Shown here one piece after another: positions 17,070 to 26,369 of a stretch of 64,000 nucleotides of DNA. The notes under the pieces are model-generated. The model was not told where the DNA came from and made no database searches. It saw only the letters and a program-made list of their open reading frames with translations. The translations under genes were made by a program, and so were the position numbers. The stretch lies in IMG/VR virus record IMGVR_UViG_3300047510_001751, positions 64,001-128,000 of that record; one strand, given 5' to 3'. Origin of the DNA: a virus. Every line of letters begins with the position of its first letter. The stretch's first letter is position 1.

Positions 17070-18780
17070 TCTCTCGGACAGTGCTAAAGTTTTTAATTTT
17101 TTCACACTTCCAAGTTTTATCAAACTTCTCTTCCATGCCTTCCTTGTGAGAGATTACAAACACGTTCGTGTTCTCATCAAAGTTTTTCAGAATCCATCCT
17201 AGCTCACTAGTGCCTGATTGGTCAAGCGATCCATCAAAGATTTCATCTAGGATCAAGAGGTTAGTATCCACGCTACTCTTAAGCTTAGCAATAGCTCTCC
17301 AAGTAAGCAGAAGAGCGATATCAATACGAGCTTTTTCTCCTTCAGAAAATGATTCATACGAAAATGAGTCCCTATAACGTGATTTAATTGTCTCTTCAAA
17401 ACTCTCGTTCAATGTAAAATTTACATAAAAATCCATGTTCTGAAGATACTCATTAATGAGTTTATTCATTACAGGAAGATAACGTTTGATGATTCTGGTT
17501 TTGATGCCGTTGTCTTTAAGTAGTTGACTAGCAGCCAGAAGACAATCACGTTCTTCCTTAACAGCAATCATTTGATTTTTGGATTCATGTAAAGCTTTTT
17601 CTAAACCCTGAAGTTTAGAATCTTCTTCATTTCGATTGGAGTTGTTGTTCTGTAGATCAGAAATTTCTCGCTGAAGATCTTGAATCTGTGACTGGTATGA
17701 ACTGATTTGAAACTGATGGATTTGAATGTCGTTAAAAAGACTCGTCCACTTTTTACTCAATTCGGTGAAATTAGATTCTCGTTCTTCCTCAAGTTTGATA
17801 GCTAGTTCCATTTCTTCCATACCCTGCTTGAGTTCTTTAATAGAATTCATAATCTCAGCTACTTTAGTATCACGAAGTTCTTCGTGAATATGCTGAGTAC
17901 ATGTGGGGCAAGTAGTGTTCTCTGTAAAGAACTGATGTTCTTTTTTATGAGACGTGAACTTCTGCTGAATTTTACCACGAAGGTTTCCGAGCTTTTTTAG
18001 TTTAGTAGTAGCGTTAGAAAACTCTTCCATTTCTTGCTTGATAGATCCAGATTCTTGATTAAGTTGATCAAGTTTAACGGATACATCTTTCTCAAGTTTA
18101 GTAAAATGAAATACTTTATTGTTCTTTTCTTGAATATCGTTTTGATTTTGAAGATCAAGATTAGCAATAAAGTTCTTCTGCATCGTAACCTTTTCTTGAA
18201 GAAGATCTATCTGATAGTCACGATCTTTAATATCATCATTGGCAAACTTAAGCTTCTCTTTCAAGTTAACATTCATCACCGAAAAAATTTGAATGTCGAG
18301 AATGTCTTCGATAATTTCCCTTCGTGATGCCAGTGGCAATCTCATAAATGGAACAAAAGTAGAAGAACCAAGAACGACAATCTGAGTGAATGATTTGTAG
18401 TTCATCTTAAGAATGTTCTTCTCAAGATAGTTTTGATAATCTGCCGTAGAAGATGATTGATCAAGCAACACACCGTTCTGCCAAACTTCGAAAATGGCTG
18501 GCTTAATCCCACGTACAATTTTGAATTGATTTTTTCCCGACTCAAACTCAATCTCTGTAACAAGATCAGAACCATTGACACTGTTCAGAAGCATCGGCTT
18601 GTTGATCTTTCGGAATGGTTTCCCGAATAGAGAAAACGTTAGAGCATCTAGGATGGTGCTTTTACCAGCTCCATTGGTTCCTACAATCAGATTAGTTTTT
18701 GCTCCATTCAAATTAAATTCTGTAAAGGTGTTACCCGTAGAAAGAAAATTCTTCCATTTCAATTTTTTAAAAACAATCAT
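17041..18780 (-). CDS. gp46: Recombination endonuclease ATPase subunit (T4 gp46, Rad50/SbcC-like)
   Basis: GTNGAGKST, coiled coils with CPTC hook, FSEGEKARI signature, LILDEIFD. Confidence 0.96.
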   Translation of the reverse strand: MIVFKKLKWKNFLSTGNTFTEFNLNGAKTNLIVGTNGAGKSTILDALTFSLFGKPFRKINKPMLLNSVNGSDLVTEIEFESGKNQFKIVRGIKPAIFEVWQNGVLLDQSSSTADYQNYLEKNILKMNYKSFTQIVVLGSSTFVPFMRLPLASRREIIEDILDIQIFSVMNVNLKEKLKFANDDIKDRDYQIDLLQEKVTMQKNFIANLDLQNQNDIQEKNNKVFHFTKLEKDVSVKLDQLNQESGSIKQEMEEFSNATTKLKKLGNLRGKIQQKFTSHKKEHQFFTENTTCPTCTQHIHEELRDTKVAEIMNSIKELKQGMEEMELAIKLEEERESNFTELSKKWTSLFNDIQIHQFQISSYQSQIQDLQREISDLQNNNSNRNEEDSKLQGLEKALHESKNQMIAVKEERDCLLAASQLLKDNGIKTRIIKRYLPVMNKLINEYLQNMDFYVNFTLNESFEETIKSRYRDSFSYESFSEGEKARIDIALLLTWRAIAKLKSSVDTNLLILDEIFDGSLDQSGTSELGWILKNFDENTNVFVISHKEGMEEKFDKTWKCEKIKNFSTVRETVNEVAQEG

Positions 18781-19046
18781 ACTAACTCAGTAGGAGGAAC
18801 AATAAAATCATCTTCGGTGATTATAGCATATTTTTGATCTCGCTCACGGCAAGCATTTACAATTACGTCTTCTGGAATTTCTACAACTTGTAATTTATAT
18901 TTTTCTGTTTGTATTTCAAGTTGCTCTTGATATCGTTCAGCGTCATCTTCACACTCAAAAATAGGAATAATTTGTTCTCCGTTAGTGTCGTCAATAACAG
19001 AAAATACTCCCTCTGGTTTATTTTTAAGTGTGAGAATAAACATCAT
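18777..19046 (-). CDS. Hypothetical protein, DUF3110-like
   Basis: EGVFSV....GEQIIPIFECEDDAERY..QLE pattern resembles the cyanobacterial DUF3110 family. Confidence 0.55.
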   Translation of the reverse strand: MMFILTLKNKPEGVFSVIDDTNGEQIIPIFECEDDAERYQEQLEIQTEKYKLQVVEIPEDVIVNACRERDQKYAIITEDDFIVPPTELV

Positions 19047-20092
19047 ACTACTTCACAGCTTTCAATATATAGTGACTTCATAATATTTTTAAGTTGATTT
19101 TTATTCACAGAAATTTCTACATCATCAATATATTCATTGAGAAGAGAAAGCGTATCCTTGGCTTCGAGATCAGCATCAACGTGTTTGACCGAATCCTTTT
19201 CGACTAATGTTTCAACTACTTTTAAATCATGAACACCAACATCAAATAATGCTTCAATTGTTTTTTCAAATCTAAAATAATCAGTTTTGTTTTCTACGAT
19301 AACTTTAACAAAAGTGTTTGAATACTCACTGGGATTGATGCTGAAATTAGGATCAGCATCATCATAATAAATTTTTTGGAAAATTTCGTATGGGTTCTTG
19401 ACGAAAGATAACTTGTTGGATGTCGGTTCATACAGGTGAAAGCCTCGTGGATCTTTGTAATCATTCCAGAACATCTGGTATGGATTGCCAAGATAAGTGA
19501 CATTACCCTTTCTTGACTTATGGTGAAAGTGTCCAGAAAACACTTGCTTAAATTTGATAAACACATCTGGGTCCATACCACCTTCGTGAACAAGACCAGG
19601 AGAAACTTCAAACCCGTTTAGTTCAAGATGCCCCATTACAACTTTAGCAGTTGTTTGCTTTAGATGTTGATGAACTTCAGCTTCATTCTCAGAATTGATC
19701 CAAGGGAGCATACAGATAGGAACACCTTCAATAACTGTGGTGGTGGGCTTTGAGTAGACGATGATGTTGTCATAGTCAGAAAGAAGTAGATCTGGAGAAT
19801 TTATATCATTTGTGTTCTTATAATAAACATCATGATTTCCCGTAATCATATGAAGGGTGATACCAAGGTCACGGATACGATCAAAATAATAGCGGCGAAT
19901 ACGATTCCAAACATTAAAATCAATGCCCTTACGATTATCAAACGTATCTCCGAGATCGATAATGGTAGATATTCCCTGTTGTTGAAGAGTCGGAAAAAAT
20001 ACTTCATTATAAAATTCCAAAAAGTATTCCCAAAAAATCACACTACCTTTACGACCGTCGAGATGCTGGTCAGTAATAAGAGCTACTGTCAT
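19043..20092 (-). CDS. gp47: Recombination endonuclease nuclease subunit (T4 gp47, Mre11/SbcD-like)
   Basis: TDQH, DLGDTFD, GNHD, FSGHFH metallophosphoesterase motifs. Confidence 0.96.
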   Translation of the reverse strand: MTVALITDQHLDGRKGSVIFWEYFLEFYNEVFFPTLQQQGISTIIDLGDTFDNRKGIDFNVWNRIRRYYFDRIRDLGITLHMITGNHDVYYKNTNDINSPDLLLSDYDNIIVYSKPTTTVIEGVPICMLPWINSENEAEVHQHLKQTTAKVVMGHLELNGFEVSPGLVHEGGMDPDVFIKFKQVFSGHFHHKSRKGNVTYLGNPYQMFWNDYKDPRGFHLYEPTSNKLSFVKNPYEIFQKIYYDDADPNFSINPSEYSNTFVKVIVENKTDYFRFEKTIEALFDVGVHDLKVVETLVEKDSVKHVDADLEAKDTLSLLNEYIDDVEISVNKNQLKNIMKSLYIESCEVV

Positions 20093-20580
20093 CGTTTGTT
20101 TTTAATCTCAAGGTTTTCTTTAATCCCAGACATATCAGAATAATTTTGATTAAGTCCTGCCATATCTCCTTCAAAACTTTCTGTATACATTACATGCTCG
20201 TATCCACTACGCTCAAGTATCTTTGTTTTAATTTCAAGTTGTTTTTTCTCTTTAGCAATTCTACGAAGAAAGGCAAAGTAAATTACCTGAGTAAAATAGG
20301 CAAAAGGATTACTTGATTTTTCTGGATCAAAGTTATGAATGTATTGTAAACAGTTTTCTATGCCATCCGAGATCATTTCATCACGGAACATATAGTTTAC
20401 AAAGTTAGGTTTGTATGACAAGTGTGTGGCAATCTTCAGAAAACAGTCACCAATGTAGTTAGGAACACGAGGCTTCGGCAGACCTTTCTCTTTAGCATCA
20501 AGAACTTTTTTTCTGTAAACGCTTATTGCCTCTAAGAAATCCTTGTTATTGACGTAGTTCTCTGTTTTCTTTTTTGCCAT
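20089..20580 (-). CDS. gp55: Late-transcription sigma factor (T4 gp55)
   Basis: YVNNKDFL...EMISDGIENCLQY..NFDP.KS.NPFAYFTQ..YFAFLRRI; likely start MAKKK at 20580. Confidence 0.95.
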   Translation of the reverse strand: MAKKKTENYVNNKDFLEAISVYRKKVLDAKEKGLPKPRVPNYIGDCFLKIATHLSYKPNFVNYMFRDEMISDGIENCLQYIHNFDPEKSSNPFAYFTQVIYFAFLRRIAKEKKQLEIKTKILERSGYEHVMYTESFEGDMAGLNQNYSDMSGIKENLEIKNKR

Positions 20581-20613
20581 GATACATGTCTCTATCCAAA
20601 TTGTTATGGTATC

Positions 20614-20642
20614 AGTATAGACCATATTGGGTTGTTTGTCAA
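20614..20642 (-). promoter_or_regulatory. sigma70 promoter for gp55 (TTGACA-17-TATACT)
   Basis: Minus strand TTGACA AACAACCCAATATGGTC TATACT. Confidence 0.85.
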
Positions 20643-20647
20643 GGGGG

Positions 20648-20676
20648 TTGACAAAACCTCAGAAACCCAGTAGAAT
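20648..20676 (+). promoter_or_regulatory. sigma70 promoter on the plus (antisense) strand (TTGACA-17-TAGAAT)
   Basis: Plus strand TTGACA AAACCTCAGAAACCCAG TAGAAT. Confidence 0.7.
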
Positions 20677-20726
20677 CACTCTGTTAGGGGTTCAGATAAA
20701 TAATATCTTTAAATACTTTAAATTAC

Positions 20727-21149
20727 TTAGGACTTCTTATAGATCTCTTCAAGAAACCTTTTAGTTTCCTTTACAGATCCTAAGTAACCCATTTGTTTAC
20801 TGAATTTATTTGGTTTAACATTTATAGAATTATTTGATTCAGATAATAATTCTTTATTAGAATCATCGTTAAGATTGTTTAGGTAAAATGATTCAATTCT
20901 TTTATCTAACTCTGTCATAGTGATCACTTGTTCCATTTTAATCACAAACAAAGAATCATAAGTTGAATGTATCCAATCTTTTAGAATAAATCCTTCAACA
21001 GGTTTACCATTCTTTTTTTGTGATAGTTTCTCTACCAATAAAGGATTCTCTACTAATAAAGAATTCTCATCTGGTAAATAACATACTTTAGCTATAATTT
21101 CTTCACCAGATGATAACTTTATGGTAGAGAAGAATTCTTCTTCCATCAT
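20727..21149 (-). CDS. Hypothetical protein, Sm-like phage family
   Basis: TIKLSSGEEIIAKV...LVENPL...LKDWI...FVIKMEQVITMTE. Confidence 0.75.
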   Translation of the reverse strand: MMEEEFFSTIKLSSGEEIIAKVCYLPDENSLLVENPLLVEKLSQKKNGKPVEGFILKDWIHSTYDSLFVIKMEQVITMTELDKRIESFYLNNLNDDSNKELLSESNNSINVKPNKFSKQMGYLGSVKETKRFLEEIYKKS

Positions 21150-22609
21150 TTTAGGTTTACCTTGATAACTTCATATTTAAAATTTTCTTCTTGATAAATT
21201 TTAATTCTTTCTTGAAGGTGTCTTAAAGTATAATTTTGTCTTGTTTTAGTAGAGATATCATCAGCGATATCATAGAGTGTAGCTATTTCTTTGCCTTCTC
21301 CTTTTCTAAGAACTCTACCAATTGATTGTAGATTTCTAATACGAGATTTAGACGGAGAAGCAAATATAATGTTATGAAGACGTTTAATGTTAATACCAGT
21401 GCTAAACGTTCCATAGGAAGCAATAATAACGGCATTATCTTCTTTTTCGGCAATACTTCTTACTGCTTCTCGATCTTCAGTGTCGATAGAACCATGAACA
21501 AAAAATACTTTACGATTTTCACCAACTGTATTATTTATGAGTTCGTATAAAGGTTCACCATGCTTTTCCACATAGTTAAACAAAACTAATGTGTTGCCAT
21601 CAATGTCGTTTACGAGATTTTTAATAAGATTATTTCTTTTTTTATTAGTAACAATGTAATCCATCTCTTCATGATAGTCCTCAAAATATTGATACTCATG
21701 CTTACACAAAAGAATTTTAATACGAAGATTAGATAGATGTCCTTTTTTAATTAGATCATCTGTCTTAGTTACTCTTTCACAATGACCAAACAATCCTTCT
21801 AGAACCCACTTGTGAGTTTTGGTTCCGTCAAGTGTACCAGTAAATCCAAATCTGTACTTAGCATTATGAAGCTTTTCCATAATACCAGTAAGTGATTTAG
21901 ATTTAAACAGGTGTGCTTCGTCACCGATTACACAATCAATGTCATCAAAATATCTTTTAGGGAATTTGTAAATGGATTGCCATGTAGAAATGATAATAGG
22001 TTTGTCAGAATTCTTTTCTTGTCCCGAATAAATTTTGTGAATATGTTCATCGGCATTCCATCCATAATCAATGAAGTCCTTGACCATCTGTTCTACGAGA
22101 GAAGTAGTAGGAACGATGATTAAGATTTTCTTATCTGTGGCGTGATAATATCTCACCAAAGAATAGATCATCAAAGATTTACCTGATCCAGTAGGAGACA
22201 AGAATAAGCCACGATTATATTTGAGAGCAAGATAGACAGTGTAATACTGATAATCTCTGGCTTGAATGTTAGAAATTTTATCAACAAAAGTTTTTACTCC
22301 AGCAGGAGAAACCATCTCGTTGGTATCTGTTACTTCACCATACCAATCGTTCTTAACTGATTCTATAGAGTATCCTCTTTCCTTAGCCCACAGAAGAAAC
22401 TGCTGGTACAAACCAACATACATTTCCCCTGTGCCAGGAGAGTATAGACGAATAGTTCCATCCCAGTATCTAAATTTGGGATTTCTTTTTAGAAATTTTG
22501 CTTCTGGAACTTCAAAGGTAAAGTAGTCAGATAATTCTTGATGTACGTAAGGCTCTGCTTGAATTTGATAAAATACTTCGTTCTTTTTCTTAACAATAAT
22601 TCTTGTCAT
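21146..22609 (-). CDS. uvsW: SF2 RNA-DNA/DNA-DNA helicase UvsW
   Basis: SPTGSGKS, GDEAH, GFTGT, TFSTGINI, QSIGRVLR. Confidence 0.96.
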   Translation of the reverse strand: MTRIIVKKKNEVFYQIQAEPYVHQELSDYFTFEVPEAKFLKRNPKFRYWDGTIRLYSPGTGEMYVGLYQQFLLWAKERGYSIESVKNDWYGEVTDTNEMVSPAGVKTFVDKISNIQARDYQYYTVYLALKYNRGLFLSPTGSGKSLMIYSLVRYYHATDKKILIIVPTTSLVEQMVKDFIDYGWNADEHIHKIYSGQEKNSDKPIIISTWQSIYKFPKRYFDDIDCVIGDEAHLFKSKSLTGIMEKLHNAKYRFGFTGTLDGTKTHKWVLEGLFGHCERVTKTDDLIKKGHLSNLRIKILLCKHEYQYFEDYHEEMDYIVTNKKRNNLIKNLVNDIDGNTLVLFNYVEKHGEPLYELINNTVGENRKVFFVHGSIDTEDREAVRSIAEKEDNAVIIASYGTFSTGINIKRLHNIIFASPSKSRIRNLQSIGRVLRKGEGKEIATLYDIADDISTKTRQNYTLRHLQERIKIYQEENFKYEVIKVNLK

Positions 22610-23085
22610 TAAGTAGTACCATTAATAAACTTTTCCCAGTCAATAGCCGATTTGATTTGAAATCCACGATTGGAAATCATTTTCATTACACTGTCCAGGA
22701 AATAAAGAGCCTGTTCAACGTATTTAATTTTTGCTTCTATGTTGATGATGTCCTCATCTGATTCCAGATAAGTCTTCATCTTCTCTGCTGTTTTAATACT
22801 TGAGCCGAAAGGTTTCTCGGCATACACTTTGGCGTCTGCTTCGCCAGAATAATATTCTCTTTTTTCTCTTACTACACGCCTAAGTTCAAACTCTAAAGAC
22901 GTTTTAACTTGGCTAAGATCTGTGTAGTAGTTTAAGTATTTATTGTGTTGAAAAGGGATCTCTAATGCTAACTTACCGAGATCTTCTGTATACTGTTTGT
23001 TTTTAAATTGGAAGTCAACTAAACTGTCTTCATTCCATTCTTCTTTAATACGATCAAATAATTTAACGATGTTCTCAAATTTCAT
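22609..23085 (-). CDS. uvsY: Recombination mediator UvsY
   Basis: HNKYL..Y...YYSG.A....Y...PF...RGFQIK.AIDW.KF..G pattern; position next to uvsW. Confidence 0.88.
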   Translation of the reverse strand: MKFENIVKLFDRIKEEWNEDSLVDFQFKNKQYTEDLGKLALEIPFQHNKYLNYYTDLSQVKTSLEFELRRVVREKREYYSGEADAKVYAEKPFGSSIKTAEKMKTYLESDEDIINIEAKIKYVEQALYFLDSVMKMISNRGFQIKSAIDWEKFINGTT

Positions 23086-23594
23086 AGTAATTTAAAGTTT
23101 TTATCACGAAGAGTAAAATTAGTATACTTAAATGTTACCTGTGCTGTAAAATATTCAATGTCATCTACTGTGGCATCAAAGTCAATTGGCGTTAAACTAA
23201 TTGGAAATAGATTTTCAAAGTCAACAAAAAATGCCGAATTAAAGTTGGAAGTTACTACCATTAGTTGACCTTTGGAGTATTCAACTTGATCTGCCGAATG
23301 TTGATCAGCTCCTCCGTTTTTACGAATCCATTGTAATATTGAATTGTAATTAATTAAATTTTCATCAATAATAAAGCTAAGTGAAAAATCATCATACGAA
23401 ATTCCTCCACCTGGAGCGATAGGAAAATTCCTAAATCGTGTCGGAACTTCTGTAAACGGCATGTTTACCCCAGGTAGATTTGCTCTTTGGCAGAAAAAAT
23501 CAACCCCTTCAAATAATTCTAATTTCATTTTAAAACCAATAGGAGCAAGAAAGTTCCTATTCCTAGGTTGCTCCTTATACCATTCAGCAGTCAT
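23082..23594 (-). CDS. gp3: Tail completion/tube terminator (T4 gp3-like)
   Basis: NFLAPIGF...FFCQRANLPG...F.IDEN..NY...LFPISL...F.A....EY.TA.VTFKY. Confidence 0.85.
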   Translation of the reverse strand: MTAEWYKEQPRNRNFLAPIGFKMKLELFEGVDFFCQRANLPGVNMPFTEVPTRFRNFPIAPGGGISYDDFSLSFIIDENLINYNSILQWIRKNGGADQHSADQVEYSKGQLMVVTSNFNSAFFVDFENLFPISLTPIDFDATVDDIEYFTAQVTFKYTNFTLRDKNFKLL

Positions 23595-23616
23595 GTCAAC
23601 TTCCCAAGCTAGTAAC

Positions 23617-23623
23617 TATTTAT
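23617..23623 (-). promoter_or_regulatory. Late promoter ATAAATA (gp3)
   Basis: ATAAATA about 23 nt before the gp3 ATG, right after the gp23 terminator. Confidence 0.7.
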
Positions 23624-23629
23624 TTCCAT

Positions 23630-23657
23630 AAAAAAAAGAGCCCCCGAAGGGACTCTT
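23630..23657 (-). terminator. gp23 terminator with C(UUCG)G tetraloop
   Basis: Minus strand AAGAGTCCC-TTCG-GGGGCTC followed by T-run. Confidence 0.88.
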
Positions 23658-23675
23658 GAGATCTTGGAGTATGAC

Positions 23676-25115
23676 TCACATGAGGTTCTTGATACGAACT
23701 CTTCTGTAGTACATGTTCTTGGAAGCGGTGAGAGCTTCAGCATCGGGAACAGGTACACCATCGCCATCAACACCGTTGAATACGAATGGGTTAGCAACCA
23801 TACCGTAACGGGTCTTGAAGCCGATCTTAGGCTGGAAGGTGTTAGGATCAATCGAACGTAGCATCTGGAGAGGTACGTATGGGCAATAGAAGAGACCAGC
23901 ATCGTAAGGATTGGTGCCCTTATAACCCATGACGTAGTAGTGATCGTTTGAAAGGTTAGCTGAATAAGGATCAACGAAGACCTTGATACGACCGTTGATG
24001 GTGCCAACCATGAGGTTGCCAGTGTCATCAACCTGACCGATGGAAGGACCACCAGCACCGTTTAGACCAGAAGTGTAATCAAGTACACCAGCCATTGCTA
24101 GAGCCGAAGCTACGTCAGCAGAGCAGATGACGAAGTTACCCTTGCCTCTACGAGTTTCCTGAGCGATAGCATTAGCATCACGCTCAACTTGGAATAGAAG
24201 ACCCTTGAACTTCTCAACAGACCAACGACCATTTGAATCAACGTCGAGGTCAAATACACCAGCGGTAGCAACGTTGTTCTGAGCACCAGGCTTAGCGATG
24301 GTGTATACAGTACGAACAACTTCACGGTTGATTTCAGCAAGGATCTCCGAGCTGAGGATGTTGGCAAGTTCTTGCTCAGCGTCAAGACCGTGAACAGCCT
24401 TAAGATCCTGAGCTAGCTCTAGAGTGTACTCCGAACGTAGGGCTCTGGTTCTGGCGGTTACAGCAGTCTTCTCGATGCTGAAGCTCATTTCGTTGAATAG
24501 GGTCGAACCTGATCCAAGAACTTCAGCAGTCTCACGAGCAATAGGACGTACACCACGCTCATAAGTGCCAGCACCCGAACCGTCATCGTTAAGAAGACCA
24601 GGGTTGGCTTCGGTGTATGAAGGATCGTTAGCAACGCCAAGGGGAACAGCTGGATCGTTGTAAGCAGCAGGACCCTGAGTGTTGGCTGAGAAGTTTACAT
24701 CAGGCTCGTTGAAGAGAGCTTCACGACCCTTACGTAGACCAGCAGCACCGTTGTGCTGATAGTGAGCCTTCATAGCGAAGATAAGTCCAGTAGGACCGCT
24801 CATTGGCTGAACGCCACAGATGTCATATGCCATTAGGTTAGGCATGGCACGACGGACTAGGCTGATCATGATAGGATCGAAACCAGCTAGACCACCAGTT
24901 TTGGTGTCAAGACCTGAACCTGAAAGGGCGTTACCACCAATAGCACCAACAGTGTTAGGACCTTCGGTGAGCATTCTGTCCTCACGGAGAGCACGCTCTT
25001 GGTTTTCTAGGATTACAGCGGTTACAGCCTGCTTGTGACGATCTGTGATGGATGGAGCATCAGGAGCGTTGAGAACAGGTGCCCACTTTTCTGTAAGATG
25101 GGAAGCGTTGAACAT
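23676..25115 (-). CDS. gp23: Major capsid protein (T4 gp23)
   Basis: L.EKWAPVL, ICGVQPMSGPTGLIFAM, EYTLELAQDLKAVHGLDAE, FQPKIGFKTRYG. Confidence 0.98.
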   Translation of the reverse strand: MFNASHLTEKWAPVLNAPDAPSITDRHKQAVTAVILENQERALREDRMLTEGPNTVGAIGGNALSGSGLDTKTGGLAGFDPIMISLVRRAMPNLMAYDICGVQPMSGPTGLIFAMKAHYQHNGAAGLRKGREALFNEPDVNFSANTQGPAAYNDPAVPLGVANDPSYTEANPGLLNDDGSGAGTYERGVRPIARETAEVLGSGSTLFNEMSFSIEKTAVTARTRALRSEYTLELAQDLKAVHGLDAEQELANILSSEILAEINREVVRTVYTIAKPGAQNNVATAGVFDLDVDSNGRWSVEKFKGLLFQVERDANAIAQETRRGKGNFVICSADVASALAMAGVLDYTSGLNGAGGPSIGQVDDTGNLMVGTINGRIKVFVDPYSANLSNDHYYVMGYKGTNPYDAGLFYCPYVPLQMLRSIDPNTFQPKIGFKTRYGMVANPFVFNGVDGDGVPVPDAEALTASKNMYYRRVRIKNLM

Positions 25116-25151
25116 TTTTACCTCTTAAAACGTATTGTTGTCGTTTGATAA

Positions 25152-25158
25152 TATTTAT
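25152..25158 (-). promoter_or_regulatory. Late promoter ATAAATA (gp23)
   Basis: ATAAATA about 37 nt before the gp23 ATG; AGAGG SD follows. Confidence 0.75.
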
Positions 25159-25166
25159 GATTTAAA

Positions 25167-26321
25167 TTATTTCCAGCGTGAGAGAGCATGAACGTAAGCA
25201 GCCATTGCTGGCGATACATCCTCGCTTAGTGCTACTGGGGTGTCATCACTTACTTCAGCTTTAGAAACTGATTCTGGGAAGTATGATTTACGGAGAGTTT
25301 TTACAGATTCTGTAAATTGCTCTACACTTTCATATCTAACACCTTCAGATAATGAAGCAAGTTTTTCTTTTTGAGTATCGGCAAGTCCTTCCGAAACTTG
25401 GTTTAAGATTACGACTTTGCTTGACTCAGCAAGACGATTATTAAGATCCACATTACGCTCAATTTGTTCGTTGAGGCGCTCTTCCATCTCACGAAGTTCG
25501 TCAGCCATTTCGTCAACAACACTGGTCTTATCCTCGGGGATAGAAATCCAATGTTCTTTACAAAGATTCATGAAACCAGCAATGAAATCTTCAGTGATTT
25601 CATTACGGATGCCACGATCAATAGCGACTTGATTTTCTTCAATCCATTGACCGATACCATACTTGACAGTACCGAGAACTTCTTCAGAGAGTTCTTCTTT
25701 GATAGCTTCTACTTGCTCAACAAGCTTGGCTTCAAACTGTTCTTCAAGTTTGGTATACTCTTCTTGAAGCTTAGCCTTAACAGCAGCTTCAAAAATTGTT
25801 TTTGCTTTTGTTTTGTAATCTTCTGTTAACTCTTCGCCTTCGGTCAAAGCGGCGACATCAGAAGAAAGGTCAAGCTCTTCAAAAGAAGGCTTGATTGGAT
25901 AAGTTACGTTAGGACCAGTTGTAGTTCCATAGGCAACTTGTGTGCCCACTGTAGGAGTAGCAGCCATATCACCAGGACTCTTTTGATGAGCCTGCTGAGC
26001 GTCACCCGAAATTTGAGAAATAGGAGCCGCTGCTTTAGCACCAGGATTCTCTTCGCCATCATCATCGTGTGGATGTGGAAGAGTGGCAGTACCACCAAGA
26101 TCAGTAGCAGGCTTTTGACCAATAGCTACTGATGGTGGAACTGAAGGCTGTGGATCTTTTCCACCAGCTCCTGATGTTTGAGCATCTGAAATTTGAGTGG
26201 GCTCTTTACCTGTAGCAGGAATTACCGAAGCAGAAACTGTAGGCATTGGATCACCAGCTTCGAGAACAAGATTCTGTCCTTTTACAAGCTCCTCAAACTT
26301 TTCGTTTAACATATCTGACAT
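25167..26321 (-). CDS. gp22: Prohead core scaffold protein (T4 gp22)
   Basis: KAKTIFEAAV, W..EN.VAI..GIR.E..E.F...., LADTQKEKL..L.EGV; between gp21 and gp23. Confidence 0.92.
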   Translation of the reverse strand: MSDMLNEKFEELVKGQNLVLEAGDPMPTVSASVIPATGKEPTQISDAQTSGAGGKDPQPSVPPSVAIGQKPATDLGGTATLPHPHDDDGEENPGAKAAAPISQISGDAQQAHQKSPGDMAATPTVGTQVAYGTTTGPNVTYPIKPSFEELDLSSDVAALTEGEELTEDYKTKAKTIFEAAVKAKLQEEYTKLEEQFEAKLVEQVEAIKEELSEEVLGTVKYGIGQWIEENQVAIDRGIRNEITEDFIAGFMNLCKEHWISIPEDKTSVVDEMADELREMEERLNEQIERNVDLNNRLAESSKVVILNQVSEGLADTQKEKLASLSEGVRYESVEQFTESVKTLRKSYFPESVSKAEVSDDTPVALSEDVSPAMAAYVHALSRWK

Positions 26322-26358
26322 TTGAGTTTCCTCGTACTTCTAACAATTATTCTAAGAT

Positions 26359-26365
26359 TATTTAT
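26359..26365 (-). promoter_or_regulatory. Late promoter ATAAATA (gp22)
   Basis: ATAAATA in the gp21-gp22 gap. Confidence 0.7.
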
Positions 26366-26369
26366 GAAA

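Noticed and set aside
20580-20625. Longer gp55 start (MVYTDT...)
   Set aside because: It would overlap the -10 box of the gp55 promoter; MAKKK at 20580 matches the family start.
23082-23676. Absence of gp24 vertex gene after gp23
   Set aside because: gp23 followed by gp3, uvsY and uvsW is the usual arrangement in T4-like cyanophages, so it is not unusual.
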